From a virus: 64,000 nt of DNA. The position numbers and the translations under genes were made by a program. This document shows, piece after piece, positions 21,341 through 31,936 of this stretch (the stretch's first letter is position 1; each line of letters begins with the position of its first letter). Location of the stretch: IMG/VR virus record IMGVR_UViG_3300032116_000016. One strand, written 5' to 3'. Below the pieces are notes generated by a model. That model searched no databases, was not told the DNA's origin, and worked only from the letters and a program-made list of their open reading frames with translations.

Positions 21341-21772
21341 ATGAATACATTTCAAGATTTACAATTATTGGTTGATGCTAACGCAATAATCCAAAATTAT
21401 AACTGTGTGGATAATACAACGTGTGATGCTTTAAAATCACTCACCACGGGAAACGGATTATATCGACAAATTCATTATTTAATTGATAAACAAACACCTT
21501 TTAGAGTGTTATGGTTGCAATACGACACCACAGATGATGAGTTTATATTAAATTTATCGTGTTTTGATAAAGATAAAAACGTTATAACTCCTTTAGATTT
21601 TACGAATAGGGTTGAAGGCCCATCAAAAACATTAGTACAATCGTATATTAATACCAATCCAATAAAATGGATAAAAACGGTACCAAATGAATATAGTCTC
21701 ATGTATACGACTCAAAATGCTAATATAGGACAGAAACTACAAAATACTTTACCAATAATTAAAAAGCTGTAG
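21341..21772 (+). CDS. Hypothetical protein
   Basis: 143-aa ORF filling the gap, with a GAGAA RBS-like site. No motif recognised. Confidence 0.6.
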   Translation: MNTFQDLQLLVDANAIIQNYNCVDNTTCDALKSLTTGNGLYRQIHYLIDKQTPFRVLWLQYDTTDDEFILNLSCFDKDKNVITPLDFTNRVEGPSKTLVQSYINTNPIKWIKTVPNEYSLMYTTQNANIGQKLQNTLPIIKKL

Positions 21773-21778
21773 TAAACC

Positions 21779-21807
21779 TTGACTTGTTAAGTCGAGTAGA
21801 TTATATT
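21779..21807 (+). promoter_or_regulatory. Sigma70-like promoter upstream of glycosylation cluster 1
   Basis: TTGACT-N17-TATATT. Confidence 0.45.
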
Positions 21808-21824
21808 TTTCTATTGACGTAAAC

Positions 21825-21832
21825 TATTTATA
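21825..21832 (+). promoter_or_regulatory. TATTTATA motif (candidate late promoter) upstream of glycosylation cluster 1
   Basis: About 32 nt upstream of ATG 21864. Core is identical to the motif before structural genes. Confidence 0.5.
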
Positions 21833-21863
21833 CTTGTGTACAGGTTATATAAATGAGGGTTTT

Positions 21864-23183
21864 ATGACTACAAAAAAGAAAGTTGTTAAAAAGACTGTAA
21901 GAAATCAGAGTATAAAAAAGACTGCTGGACGAGTTAAAAAGAAAGTACCTACTATTTTCGTTCAAATTGCAGCATACCGTGATCCAGAATTATTACACAC
22001 TCTTCGCAGTTTATTACAAAACGCAGATCATCCAGAAAATTTGACTATTGCCATTGGTTGGCAGCATTCTCCCTATGAGAAGTGGGATAATTTAGATGAG
22101 TTCAAAGATGACACAAGATTTAAGATAATAGATATAGATTATCGTAAATCTAAAGGTGTTTGCTGGATGCGTGAAAAAATACAGAAATTGTATAATGGCG
22201 AAACTTATACACTACAACTAGATTCACATCATAGATTTACCGAACATTGGGATACGCAAGTAATAGAAATGTTAGAAGGATTGCGTAGTAAAGGACACAC
22301 AAAACCACTGCTGAGTTCATACTTACCAGATTTTAATCCAGTAACAGGACCTGAAGGTGAATTACCTGCTCCGTGGATTATGGAATTTGACAGATTTGGT
22401 CCAGAAGGGCCAGTACACTTCTTACCACATACAATAGACGATTGGAGAGAACTGACATCACCAGTTCCATCAAGATTCATGTCTGGTCATTTTATATTTG
22501 CTGACGGAATATTTGTTAAAGAAGTTCCGTATGACCCAAATTATTATTTTCACGGTGAAGAAATTGATTTATCTGTTCGTTCTTATATGGCGGGGTACGA
22601 TCTATTCGCACCACACAGAACTATTGCTTGGCACGAATACTATAGAGAAGGAAAGAGTAAACATTGGGAGGACCATACAAATTGGGCATCAGAAGATAGA
22701 ATCTCACACGCATATCATCGCAAAATGTACGGTATTGAATCGAAGAACAGAAAATTAAAAGATAATGTACGAACACTTCAGGAATATGAAATGTATGCTG
22801 GATTGGAGTTTTCTACAAAACGTGCTCATACGATGACCATACAAAAAATACGCCCTCCAGTTTCTTTAGATGTAGAATCCCATACACAAGGATTGGTTCC
22901 TTATCATAAAGTATGTATTGATGTGTATAAAGGATCATTACCAGAGAAGGATTATAATTTCTGGGTAGTTGCGTTTACAAATAAAGATGGAATAGAATTT
23001 CATAGACATGATGCTGATGAAAATGAAATAAATATGGCTATGAGTGTACCTTATGAAGCAGATAAGTTTGTGCATATATGGAGAGCATTCTATTCTGATC
23101 AACCAGCTGATGGGTGGATCGTGTGGCCTCATAGTAAGAGTAATGGGTGGTGTGAAAGATTAACTGGTAAATTTGGACGATAA
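21864..23183 (+). CDS. GT60 (Gnt1/Skp1-type polypeptide alpha-GlcNAc transferase-like) glycosyltransferase 1
   Basis: IFVQIAAYRDPEL, KGVCW, LQLDSHHRF, EVPYDPNYYFHGEEI.LSVRSY.AGYDLFAP and WHEY motifs. Start moved to ATG 21864 (GAGGG RBS). Confidence 0.8.
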   Translation: MTTKKKVVKKTVRNQSIKKTAGRVKKKVPTIFVQIAAYRDPELLHTLRSLLQNADHPENLTIAIGWQHSPYEKWDNLDEFKDDTRFKIIDIDYRKSKGVCWMREKIQKLYNGETYTLQLDSHHRFTEHWDTQVIEMLEGLRSKGHTKPLLSSYLPDFNPVTGPEGELPAPWIMEFDRFGPEGPVHFLPHTIDDWRELTSPVPSRFMSGHFIFADGIFVKEVPYDPNYYFHGEEIDLSVRSYMAGYDLFAPHRTIAWHEYYREGKSKHWEDHTNWASEDRISHAYHRKMYGIESKNRKLKDNVRTLQEYEMYAGLEFSTKRAHTMTIQKIRPPVSLDVESHTQGLVPYHKVCIDVYKGSLPEKDYNFWVVAFTNKDGIEFHRHDADENEINMAMSVPYEADKFVHIWRAFYSDQPADGWIVWPHSKSNGWCERLTGKFGR

Positions 23184-23184
23184 T

Positions 23185-24426
23185 ATGAGAAAAAATAAAA
23201 ATATTTTCGTTCAAATTGCAGCATACCGTGATCCAGAATTACTACCCACTATTCGTGATTGTATATCCAATGCGAAGAACCCGGAAAATCTTCGATTCTG
23301 TATTGCGTGGCAGCATTCTAACGAAGATGTCTGGGACAATTTAGATGAGTTTAAAAACGATTCACGATTTATAATTCTAGATATTCCACATCTACAGACA
23401 AAAGGAACGTGTTGGGCACGGTATCAAATCCAACAACATTGGAACGGAGAAGCATATACCCTACAATTAGATTCACATCATCGTTTTGCTAAAAATTGGG
23501 ATAGTATGCTAATTAAGATGGTCAAAGATTTACAAAAAGCAGGATATAAAAAACCATTATTGACTGCATATATGTCAAGTTATGAACCACATAACGATCC
23601 CACGGGACGAGCACCAGACCCGTGGTTCTTAACATTTGACAGATTCACTCCAGCTGGAGCAGTATTTTTTATACCCGCTGTTATTCCTGATTGGAAAAAT
23701 CGTAAATTACCATATCCAAGTAGATTTTATTCCGCTCATTTTGGATTCACACTTGGACAATTTTGTAAAGAAGTTCCTCACGATCCGAACTACTTGTTTC
23801 ACGGTGAGGAAATTTCTATTGCCGCACGAGCGTATACGTGGGGATATGATTTGTTTGCGGCACATAAACCTGTAGTGTGGCACGAATATTCACGAAATCA
23901 CCGCCCTCGTAAATCGTGGGACGACATATCAGATTGGACTAATTGGGATAATCAATCGTTGGCACGTAACAGAAGATTGTTAAACGTGGATAACGAGAAT
24001 GACCCTAATGAAGATTTTGGAGAATTTGGATTTGGTACACAACGTACACTACAGCAGTACGAAGAATATGCGGGAATACAATTTTCTACAAGAAGTATAC
24101 AAAAACATACGTTAGAACATCGTGAACCACCCAACCCGCCAAATCAACCATTCTTTAGAATTTTTAAACATTGTATTGATTTACCATATCAATATGTACC
24201 GTATAATGACTATGATTTTTGGGCGGTAGCATTTGAAGATGAATTTGGTAACGAGATATATAGACACGATGCTACAGAAGATGATATCATACAAATGAAG
24301 AATGATCCTGACGGATATTGTAAATTGTGGAGACAGTTTCACGCAACGGCAAAACCCGCCAGATGGATTGTTTGGCCACATTCTAAATCACACGGATGGT
24401 GTGATCGATTGGTTGGAGATATCTAA
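23185..24426 (+). CDS. GT60-like glycosyltransferase 2 (tandem paralog)
   Basis: IFVQIAAYRDPEL, KGTCWAR, LQLDSHHRF and FHGEEISIAARAYTWGYDLF motifs. Confidence 0.8.
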   Translation: MRKNKNIFVQIAAYRDPELLPTIRDCISNAKNPENLRFCIAWQHSNEDVWDNLDEFKNDSRFIILDIPHLQTKGTCWARYQIQQHWNGEAYTLQLDSHHRFAKNWDSMLIKMVKDLQKAGYKKPLLTAYMSSYEPHNDPTGRAPDPWFLTFDRFTPAGAVFFIPAVIPDWKNRKLPYPSRFYSAHFGFTLGQFCKEVPHDPNYLFHGEEISIAARAYTWGYDLFAAHKPVVWHEYSRNHRPRKSWDDISDWTNWDNQSLARNRRLLNVDNENDPNEDFGEFGFGTQRTLQQYEEYAGIQFSTRSIQKHTLEHREPPNPPNQPFFRIFKHCIDLPYQYVPYNDYDFWAVAFEDEFGNEIYRHDATEDDIIQMKNDPDGYCKLWRQFHATAKPARWIVWPHSKSHGWCDRLVGDI

Positions 24427-24427
24427 A

Positions 24428-25387
24428 ATGCAGCACAAAACAAAATTACGTATTCATAATTCCTGCAACAAGTACACTAGGTATTATAGATATTATAATT
24501 TTTTTTGGGATGCTTTGACTTACGAGTTAGGTAAAACGTTTGAAATTGAAGAAAACAGATATTTCGAACATGCCCATACAATACCAATGCCAATAAAACT
24601 CAAAAAGGCAAAATGTGATTTAGAAATTTATGAATCAGACTACGTTATAGAAAACGTAGAATCGGGTGACTTCTATATATTGACAGCGTGTGATGTATTG
24701 ACCGGACACGTAATAGCTGAAAGAGAGAATCCACACTTAAAAAAAGTATTGGTGGCACAGTACATAGACCAAATTATTAAACACAACGTAGAAAATCCAC
24801 ATACCAGTAAATATTCCCCATGGATTTATTTTCAAAGTGGATTGACTAATTTAGAAGAATATTTTTATAAAAGAAAGTTAATACTCAATTTTAATAAAAA
24901 ATTATACTTTCGTGGTAAAATTGATGACCGTCCTATTTTAAAGTACTTTTCTCCATCTATCTTGGAATCAGGCCAAACAATTAATCAAAATGATTATTTC
25001 AACGAAGCAATTAATCACGAAATCGGATTATCCATAGGCGGTGTTGGTGAGTTGTGTTATAGAGATATTGAATATATGGGAATGGGTATACCGTTTTTGC
25101 GTTTTGAATTCGCTAGCAGTCTTAAAGAACCATTAATTCCAAATGTACACTATATTTCAGTAGATAGGCCGAATGACTTACCAACAGAACAACGTACTTG
25201 TGGTGTTGGATTAGATAGGATGGGATTAGAACATCACGCAAAGTTAATAGAGCAACGTTATTTAGAAGTAATAGATGACAAAGAATTTTTAAGATTTGTA
25301 TCTACTAATGCAAGAGAGTATTATGAAAAATATCTTATGTATCCGAACAATGTAAGACACACAATTAATTGGTTGGGGTTAGAATAA
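24428..25387 (+). CDS. Putative GT-B glycosyltransferase (CgeB/exostosin-like C-terminus)
   Basis: LYFRG...GLSIGGVGELCYRDIEYMGMGIPFL...LIPNVHYISV. Start moved to ATG 24428, just after the previous stop. Confidence 0.5.
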   Translation: MQHKTKLRIHNSCNKYTRYYRYYNFFWDALTYELGKTFEIEENRYFEHAHTIPMPIKLKKAKCDLEIYESDYVIENVESGDFYILTACDVLTGHVIAERENPHLKKVLVAQYIDQIIKHNVENPHTSKYSPWIYFQSGLTNLEEYFYKRKLILNFNKKLYFRGKIDDRPILKYFSPSILESGQTINQNDYFNEAINHEIGLSIGGVGELCYRDIEYMGMGIPFLRFEFASSLKEPLIPNVHYISVDRPNDLPTEQRTCGVGLDRMGLEHHAKLIEQRYLEVIDDKEFLRFVSTNAREYYEKYLMYPNNVRHTINWLGLE

Positions 25388-25388
25388 T

Positions 25389-26306
25389 ATGAGAATTTTA
25401 GTAACAGGTGGAACTGGGTTGGTTGGAGAAAACTTGAAACAATCTCTTCCTGACGCATATTATGTTTCTTCAAAGGATTACGATTTAACTAGTTACGAAG
25501 ATACTGCGGCGTTGTTTTATTACTATCGACCAACGCACGTTATCCATTTAGCTTCTAAAGTAGGTGGCATAACGTATAATATGAAATACCCAGTAGAGTT
25601 TTTTGAAGATAATGTGTTGATGAACGCAAATGTACTAAACTGTGCTCATAAATTTAAAGTGCAAAACTTAATTGGAATGTTGTCCACTTGTATATTCCCA
25701 GATGATGTGACGTATCCTCTAACGCCTGATAAAATTCATAAGGGTGAACCACATCATAGCAACTTTGGATATGCTTATGCAAAACGCATGTTAGAAGTTC
25801 AAATACGAACATATAATAAACAATACGGAACAGATTGGACCACGATTATCCCAACAAATATTTATGGCAAATATGATCAATTTAATCTTGAAAAATCTCA
25901 TGTAATTCCTGCGTTAATTCATAAGATGTATTTGAATAAAATAAATAATCAACCATTGATGAATATGATGGGTACTGGATTGGCAGAACGGGAATTTATA
26001 TACGCTGAAGATTTAGGGAAAATATTAGCGTGGGCTATAGAAAATTACACAACACCAACACCATTAATAGTTTCATCAGAAACATCATATAGTATAAAAT
26101 CGGTAGCAGAGCTAATTTCTAATGCTATAGGTTATGAGGGACAATTACTATTTGACGGAGATGTGTCAAAAGACGGACAATACAGAAAGCCAAGCGATTC
26201 CAATGTGGTTAGAACACTTTGTCCAATAGAATATACTCCTCTAGATGTTGGTATAAAAAATACCGTAGAGTGGTTTGTAGAAAATTACACTAACTGTAGG
26301 AAGTAA
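25389..26306 (+). CDS. fcl: GDP-L-fucose synthase (epimerase/reductase)
   Basis: VTGGTGLVG, HLASKVGGI..NMKYP.EFFEDN, LSTCIFP, YAYAKR and PTNIYG..DQF.LEKSHVIPALIHK motifs. Confidence 0.9.
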   Translation: MRILVTGGTGLVGENLKQSLPDAYYVSSKDYDLTSYEDTAALFYYYRPTHVIHLASKVGGITYNMKYPVEFFEDNVLMNANVLNCAHKFKVQNLIGMLSTCIFPDDVTYPLTPDKIHKGEPHHSNFGYAYAKRMLEVQIRTYNKQYGTDWTTIIPTNIYGKYDQFNLEKSHVIPALIHKMYLNKINNQPLMNMMGTGLAEREFIYAEDLGKILAWAIENYTTPTPLIVSSETSYSIKSVAELISNAIGYEGQLLFDGDVSKDGQYRKPSDSNVVRTLCPIEYTPLDVGIKNTVEWFVENYTNCRK

Positions 26307-26309
26307 AAT

Positions 26310-27107
26310 ATGAAAATACTAGTATCTACTATATGTTTTATTCAACCCAATAAAATTAAGGATGGTGCAGAGATATATGCAACGTTTGCCAATCGTTTGA
26401 TAGATTCTACGATGGAAAAAACGAATTTTGATATTCGAGTAGCAACAAACAGACCAGAACTGTTTTCCGACGCATTATTAAAATATGGTGACAGAGTTTC
26501 TTTATTTGTAGACACGTTGGAAGATAAACAGGTTTGGGTTGGTGCATTCAATCAATTACTAAAATTTTTAGCACTAAAAGATGTACCATCGAAATACGAT
26601 TATGTTCTGTATTTAGATTGCGATTCATCATTCTTTAAAACAGTTGATAATGAATTGGTAACAGAAACAATTACCAAACTAGAAGAAAACAACCAAAACG
26701 GCATGGTAAATAGATCTGGTACGGGATACTTCCTGCAACAGTTAACAGAACATTGTTCAGGCATAGCAAATATGTTTAGCGCCAAATTTAATTTTTATAA
26801 CTTAAACTTGAATACCGTACCACCGGAGTGGGAAGATGCTCCAATGCCATGTGAACACATACTGTTCTTAAAGAATGAAGATAATAAATTACAGATTATG
26901 TCAGATAAAATTGCTGAATTTAATGAAAAATTAGAATCTCAAATTGGACAACCGTACATCGCATGTAGTCCTGATATGGAAGCATTCGAGTTGGGTATTG
27001 GGGTAAAAGTTGCTGGTTATAAATTAGCAGAAATTGATTCATATATTCACCACGATGTATTTTGTGTAAAATATAACGGTAGTAATTGGGAAAAAGCAAA
27101 ATTATAA
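26310..27107 (+). CDS. Putative GT-A glycosyltransferase
   Basis: YDYVLYLDCDS DxD motif and cluster context. Confidence 0.5.
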   Translation: MKILVSTICFIQPNKIKDGAEIYATFANRLIDSTMEKTNFDIRVATNRPELFSDALLKYGDRVSLFVDTLEDKQVWVGAFNQLLKFLALKDVPSKYDYVLYLDCDSSFFKTVDNELVTETITKLEENNQNGMVNRSGTGYFLQQLTEHCSGIANMFSAKFNFYNLNLNTVPPEWEDAPMPCEHILFLKNEDNKLQIMSDKIAEFNEKLESQIGQPYIACSPDMEAFELGIGVKVAGYKLAEIDSYIHHDVFCVKYNGSNWEKAKL

Positions 27108-27120
27108 AATGAGATAAATT

Positions 27121-27720
27121 ATGTTAAAAACCGATGGAAATGATTATTATGTAATCAAGGATGCATGTGTTGCTGTAAAGGAAATTGAAGGTTTGGTATG
27201 TGAATTAGGATCGTATCAAGGTGGTGGACTCAAATTACTTATGGAAACATTTTCGGAAATGAATCAACGAGATAGAATATTTCTTTCGGTTGATCCATAC
27301 GGAGACATTCCATATCACGATATAAATGGTATACACAGTGCGGGATATACAAATAATGTAAAAAATATGTTTCTACGAGACATACATCAATTGTCTTATG
27401 AATTGAATACATACTTTTTGTTTTTCAATATGACAGACACACAGTTTTTCAAAAGATTTTCTGATGGTATTCCTGTATACATTAACGAAGAACGTATTTA
27501 TAACAAATATGCGTTAGTAATTATTGACGGACCACATGAAGTGAATATCGTTAAGGATGAATTTGATTTCTTTAAAAGTAGAATAGCTACAAATGGTATA
27601 ATAGTTTTTGATGATGTTGAACAGTACCCACATGAAACTATTCACGAATATATTTTGCAGAATGGATTTGAAACGTTCAAATCCACAGGATATAAGCACG
27701 CATATAAAAAAGTTGTATGA
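27121..27720 (+). CDS. Class I SAM methyltransferase (TylF/Methyltransf_24-like)
   Basis: VCELGSYQGGG and ALVIIDGPHE...NGIIVFDD motifs. Confidence 0.75.
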   Translation: MLKTDGNDYYVIKDACVAVKEIEGLVCELGSYQGGGLKLLMETFSEMNQRDRIFLSVDPYGDIPYHDINGIHSAGYTNNVKNMFLRDIHQLSYELNTYFLFFNMTDTQFFKRFSDGIPVYINEERIYNKYALVIIDGPHEVNIVKDEFDFFKSRIATNGIIVFDDVEQYPHETIHEYILQNGFETFKSTGYKHAYKKVV

Positions 27721-28541
27721 AAATTGCACTTCTGCTTTCAGGTCAACCACGATTATATGAGGAAGTTTTTCCACACATAAAAAAACATATATTAGACGTA
27801 TATGATTGTGATGTATATGCACATGCGTGGTGGGACGAAGCGGAATCACACGATGTAGTACATCGTTCACCCTGGTCACAGTCTTATAAGTTTGACGTAG
27901 ATAAACAATTTCCTATTAAGTTTAATAACTTATACAATCCCAAAAAGTTTCAAATAGATAAACCATTATTTGATAGCACGGAAGATTCGCAGAATATTTT
28001 CATTGAGTCATTGAAAAAATTGTATCCGACTACAAATGGGTGTGAAGTTTTTTATGAAGATAAAAGTATGTTAGGTCCAATTCATAAATTTATTTCAATC
28101 GAAAAAGTATTTAATATGGTGAATTGGGATGAAAATTATGATTGGATTGTTTTCTGGAGATATGATTTACAGCCAGATGTATTTCCCGATTTAACTATCT
28201 TAAATGAAGAAGTATTATACGCATATACCGATTATTGGTGTTCTTGGTGTGATAGAGATGATAGAGCGTGGCCAGATAATCATGGATTTATAGATACTGG
28301 ATTTATACTACATCCTAATTGTAAACATGCTTTAAATATTAAAAATTTTTACTTTGATGAGTGTATGAAAAATAATTTATTGTGTAGTGAATCACACAAA
28401 TGGAAGCACAAACCAATTCCAGAAACAGTCTGGTCGTTGAACGTGTGGTACAATAAAATAAAAACAGTTATGTTACCATCTAAAGACTTTTCAGCAAGTT
28501 TAATTCGACGAATTGATGAGTACGGAGACTTAAGACCATGA
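27717..28541 (+). CDS. Putative glycosyltransferase-like protein
   Basis: MKIALLLSGQPR...DVYAHAW...YDWIVFWRYDL pattern is seen in viral glycan clusters. Confidence 0.45.
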   Translation: MKIALLLSGQPRLYEEVFPHIKKHILDVYDCDVYAHAWWDEAESHDVVHRSPWSQSYKFDVDKQFPIKFNNLYNPKKFQIDKPLFDSTEDSQNIFIESLKKLYPTTNGCEVFYEDKSMLGPIHKFISIEKVFNMVNWDENYDWIVFWRYDLQPDVFPDLTILNEEVLYAYTDYWCSWCDRDDRAWPDNHGFIDTGFILHPNCKHALNIKNFYFDECMKNNLLCSESHKWKHKPIPETVWSLNVWYNKIKTVMLPSKDFSASLIRRIDEYGDLRP

Positions 28542-29212
28542 ACGAACAATATATATTTTTTGATGTAGGAGCAAATAATGGTGATAGTTCTGTGCCAATT
28601 ATACGCAAAAATCCAGATGCTAGAGTATATGCATTTGAACCTGTTCCTGCTTTAGTGAATTACATAAAACAACAAACAAAAGATTATCCTAACTATGTTG
28701 TAACACAAACTGCTGTTTCTGATTTTAATGGAACGGCATCATTTCGTATATCAGGCGAACCATCAAAAAAAGAAATTCAAACATTTGTAGATTTAGACTT
28801 TCATAAATTCGTGGAACATAATTGGCATGGATGTAGTTCTTTACTAGAATTGTCGGATAATGTATTGGATTCTTGGTACGGAAGAACGGATATGTTAGTT
28901 CTGGAAGAAATAGAAGTTAATGTCATTAGATTGGATTCTTTTATACAACAAAATAACATAGACCATATTGATTTTCTTTGGGTAGATACACAAGGATCAG
29001 ATTTAAATGTATTGAAAGGTTTGGGAGACTACATTCATATAGTAAATTCTGGAACGGTAGAAGCTGCAAACAAACCAGACATTTTATATAAAAATCAAAA
29101 TTCTAAAGAAGAAACAATTGAGTATTTAAAACAATGTGGATTTAACGATATACGAGTGTCCACGAATGACCCAGCAGATAATGAAGTAAATATTTCTTTT
29201 TATAGAGGATAA
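28538..29212 (+). CDS. FkbM-family methyltransferase
   Basis: FFDVGANNG, VYAFEPVP, IRLDSFI and IDFLWVDTQGSDLNVLKG motifs. Confidence 0.85.
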   Translation: MNEQYIFFDVGANNGDSSVPIIRKNPDARVYAFEPVPALVNYIKQQTKDYPNYVVTQTAVSDFNGTASFRISGEPSKKEIQTFVDLDFHKFVEHNWHGCSSLLELSDNVLDSWYGRTDMLVLEEIEVNVIRLDSFIQQNNIDHIDFLWVDTQGSDLNVLKGLGDYIHIVNSGTVEAANKPDILYKNQNSKEETIEYLKQCGFNDIRVSTNDPADNEVNISFYRG

Positions 29213-29215
29213 GTT

Positions 29216-30097
29216 GTGAAAATTAAATTTCTTCCAAACTGGTGTTCTTCTGAACAAGGTACAAAACGATTATTTGACCAATTTTATATAGGACAAGATT
29301 TAACAAATGTAGAATTTGTTCACGGTGATGAATTTGACGTTATTTTTTATTGCGGATATGAAACGCAAGTCGTACCGTCTGGAATAAAAAAATATATTTT
29401 TAATATGGAACCGTGTTGGTCGGGAAACGTACAAAGAAACAATTCGGGTATTGATGCTACAATCTTCGCTCAAGATAAAAACATATTTGATGATTCGACT
29501 AGAGTAGTTGAGTGTCCAACCTATATGTTCTACGGAGCTGGTGGCGAAAATTGGACTGTAGAAGATACCAAAATTGATTACGAAAAAACAAAAAATATCA
29601 GTTGTATATTGTCGGATAAAAGAAACATTTACAATATATCTTCATGTCTATACGATAAACGAGATGATGTAGCTCAATACTTGATGCGTTCGAGTGTATC
29701 GGTAGATGTATTCAGAGATTGTGATTCTCCAAATTGCGTTGGTGGACTCCCAAGAAAAATTGAAGGATTAAAACCATATCGATTTAGTATTGGTATAGAA
29801 AACAGTAGAGAACAAAACTACATTTCAGAAAAATTTTATGATGCAATTTTAACAAACACCATCCCAATATACTACGGTGCAAAAAATATCAAAGAGGTTT
29901 TTCCTGAAAATGGGTATTTTGTAATAGATGATTTAGAAGATTTAGATGGCATTGCCAACCTACTAAAACATATAAACGAAAACGCAGAAGAACTTTATCG
30001 ACAAATGTTACCAGAAGCACTAAAAATTAAACAGAGATTTTTTAATGAATTTAATCTCATGACAAAAATTATAGAAGTAGCGGAGAGTGGTATATGA
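29216..30097 (+). CDS. GT10-like (alpha-1,3-fucosyltransferase) glycosyltransferase
   Basis: YRFSIGIENSREQNYISEKFYDAILTNTIPIYYGA matches the GT10 alpha-1,3-FucT motif. GTG start. Confidence 0.75.
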   Translation: MKIKFLPNWCSSEQGTKRLFDQFYIGQDLTNVEFVHGDEFDVIFYCGYETQVVPSGIKKYIFNMEPCWSGNVQRNNSGIDATIFAQDKNIFDDSTRVVECPTYMFYGAGGENWTVEDTKIDYEKTKNISCILSDKRNIYNISSCLYDKRDDVAQYLMRSSVSVDVFRDCDSPNCVGGLPRKIEGLKPYRFSIGIENSREQNYISEKFYDAILTNTIPIYYGAKNIKEVFPENGYFVIDDLEDLDGIANLLKHINENAEELYRQMLPEALKIKQRFFNEFNLMTKIIEVAESGI

Positions 30098-31098
30098 AAA
30101 CTATAGGATTTTGGGATAACAATCTAGGATTGCGTGGTACTAGTGTTGCTATGTTTCTTTATGCAAAATATAACGAAGAAATTTTAGGAAATCGTAGTGT
30201 CATATATTCACACAGTGCTGTTAGAGAAGATATAGGGGATAAGTCTACACTAGATAAATTCGAAAAACAGTTTCCAGGTCGTGTACATCTAGTCGGTAGA
30301 GAATTGGGTGGATTGTACGATGTTCAGACGCATATGTTGAGAGAATATAACGCTGAATATTTTTATTATATTAAAGCCGGACAACGTGATGGTGGTATGT
30401 TAGATGAAAATTATATCAAAAATTTAATACACGCAGTATTTTTGTTTAATGAACCACACGGACATCGATATATGTATGTGTCTGATTGGTTGGCTGGGAC
30501 GATGGGATATTCACCTAGAGAAAATCACGCGGTACCTCATATCGTTGAACCGTTGCCTGTAGTTGACGAAGATTTAAGAGATGAGCTAGGTATACCAAAA
30601 ACAGCGACGGTGTTTGGGTGTTATGGTGGTCCAACTGAATTTAATATTGATTTTGTACATATGGTGATGGATAGAGTCTTGTCAGAACGTAATGACATTT
30701 ATTTTATTTTTATGAATATACCAAGTACTCATCGTGGTATAACACACACGCATGAAAATTATAGATGGTTGCCTGGTACGTGGGATTTAACTCGAAAGGC
30801 TAAGTTTGTTAAAACATGCGATGCTATGTTACACGCCAGAGGAGGTGGAGAAACGTTCGGAATGGCTGTGGCAGAATTTAGTAGCGCAAATAAACCTGTA
30901 ATAACATACGGATTATCGGGAGAACGATGTCATCTGGAAATTTTAGGAGACAAGGGATTAATTTATAACAGTTATGAAGAGCTTTATGACATTATTAATA
31001 ACCTTGGTACATATTTAAAGTATGAGGATTGGAACTGCTACAGAAATTTCTCCGCAGAAATTATAATGGACAGATTCAATAAAAACTTTTTAAATTGA
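30094..31098 (+). CDS. GT4-like (GT-B) glycosyltransferase
   Basis: LGLRGTSVAMFLYAKYNEEILGN and CDAMLHARGGGETFGMAVAEFSSANKPVIT motifs. Confidence 0.75.
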   Translation: MKTIGFWDNNLGLRGTSVAMFLYAKYNEEILGNRSVIYSHSAVREDIGDKSTLDKFEKQFPGRVHLVGRELGGLYDVQTHMLREYNAEYFYYIKAGQRDGGMLDENYIKNLIHAVFLFNEPHGHRYMYVSDWLAGTMGYSPRENHAVPHIVEPLPVVDEDLRDELGIPKTATVFGCYGGPTEFNIDFVHMVMDRVLSERNDIYFIFMNIPSTHRGITHTHENYRWLPGTWDLTRKAKFVKTCDAMLHARGGGETFGMAVAEFSSANKPVITYGLSGERCHLEILGDKGLIYNSYEELYDIINNLGTYLKYEDWNCYRNFSAEIIMDRFNKNFLN

Positions 31099-31108
31099 GA
31101 TAATAGAT

Positions 31109-31933
31109 ATGACAAAGGTTATCGTAACAATGACAACGTTACCTCGAAGATTATTTGAGGTTGATTCTGAATGGGGAATTCGTCCGTCTTTAAAGACGAT
31201 ATTAGAACAATCAAACGCTGACTACGAAGTACATTTAAATGTTCCATACGAACACAGAGGTCAGCAAATAACAGTTCCCGATTGGTTAAGAGAATGGCAA
31301 TCAACATACAAACATTTAAAAGTGTTTAGATGTAAAGATTACGGTCCAATAACAAAGATATATCCTACACTAAAACGTGTAACTGATCCGAATACTATTC
31401 TTATAACGGTAGACGATGATCTTGCATATAACGATGGATTTGTCCAAGCTCACATAGACGCTCAAACGAAGTATAAAGAATGTGCCATAGGATATGCTGG
31501 AATGGGTTCTATTAATGAATCACTTCCGGCTGACAATAGAGGCGTTCATCCAACCGGTGGACAACATTTCGTTACATCGTTAGCGGAAGATATAAGAGTG
31601 AGAATGTTAGAGGGATATAAAACTGTGTCTTATTTAAGATCATTTTTTTCTGAAGATTTAAAGGATTTAGAAAACTTTATGGCACAACATTGGAATGATG
31701 ATATTGTGTTGTCTGCTTATATGGGATATAAAAATATAAAAAAGATAGTGTTGAAGTGTGAAAATTGTAATGGAGACAATTCACCACGCGTAGAAACATT
31801 CCCAGTAATAAGAATGGTTCCTATTACGTCCGATATTCACGGTTGTAATGCATTTAGAACCAATCAATCTATTCAAAAAAATATGGAAGATGTGAGTAAT
31901 ATGTGGTATAAACTTGGATATCTGGAGAGATAA
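31109..31933 (+). CDS. GT-A (GT2-like) glycosyltransferase
   Basis: VIVTMTTLPRR, DYGPITKIYP, ITVDDDLAY and WNDDIVLS motifs. Confidence 0.7.
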   Translation: MTKVIVTMTTLPRRLFEVDSEWGIRPSLKTILEQSNADYEVHLNVPYEHRGQQITVPDWLREWQSTYKHLKVFRCKDYGPITKIYPTLKRVTDPNTILITVDDDLAYNDGFVQAHIDAQTKYKECAIGYAGMGSINESLPADNRGVHPTGGQHFVTSLAEDIRVRMLEGYKTVSYLRSFFSEDLKDLENFMAQHWNDDIVLSAYMGYKNIKKIVLKCENCNGDNSPRVETFPVIRMVPITSDIHGCNAFRTNQSIQKNMEDVSNMWYKLGYLER

Positions 31934-31936
31934 AAT

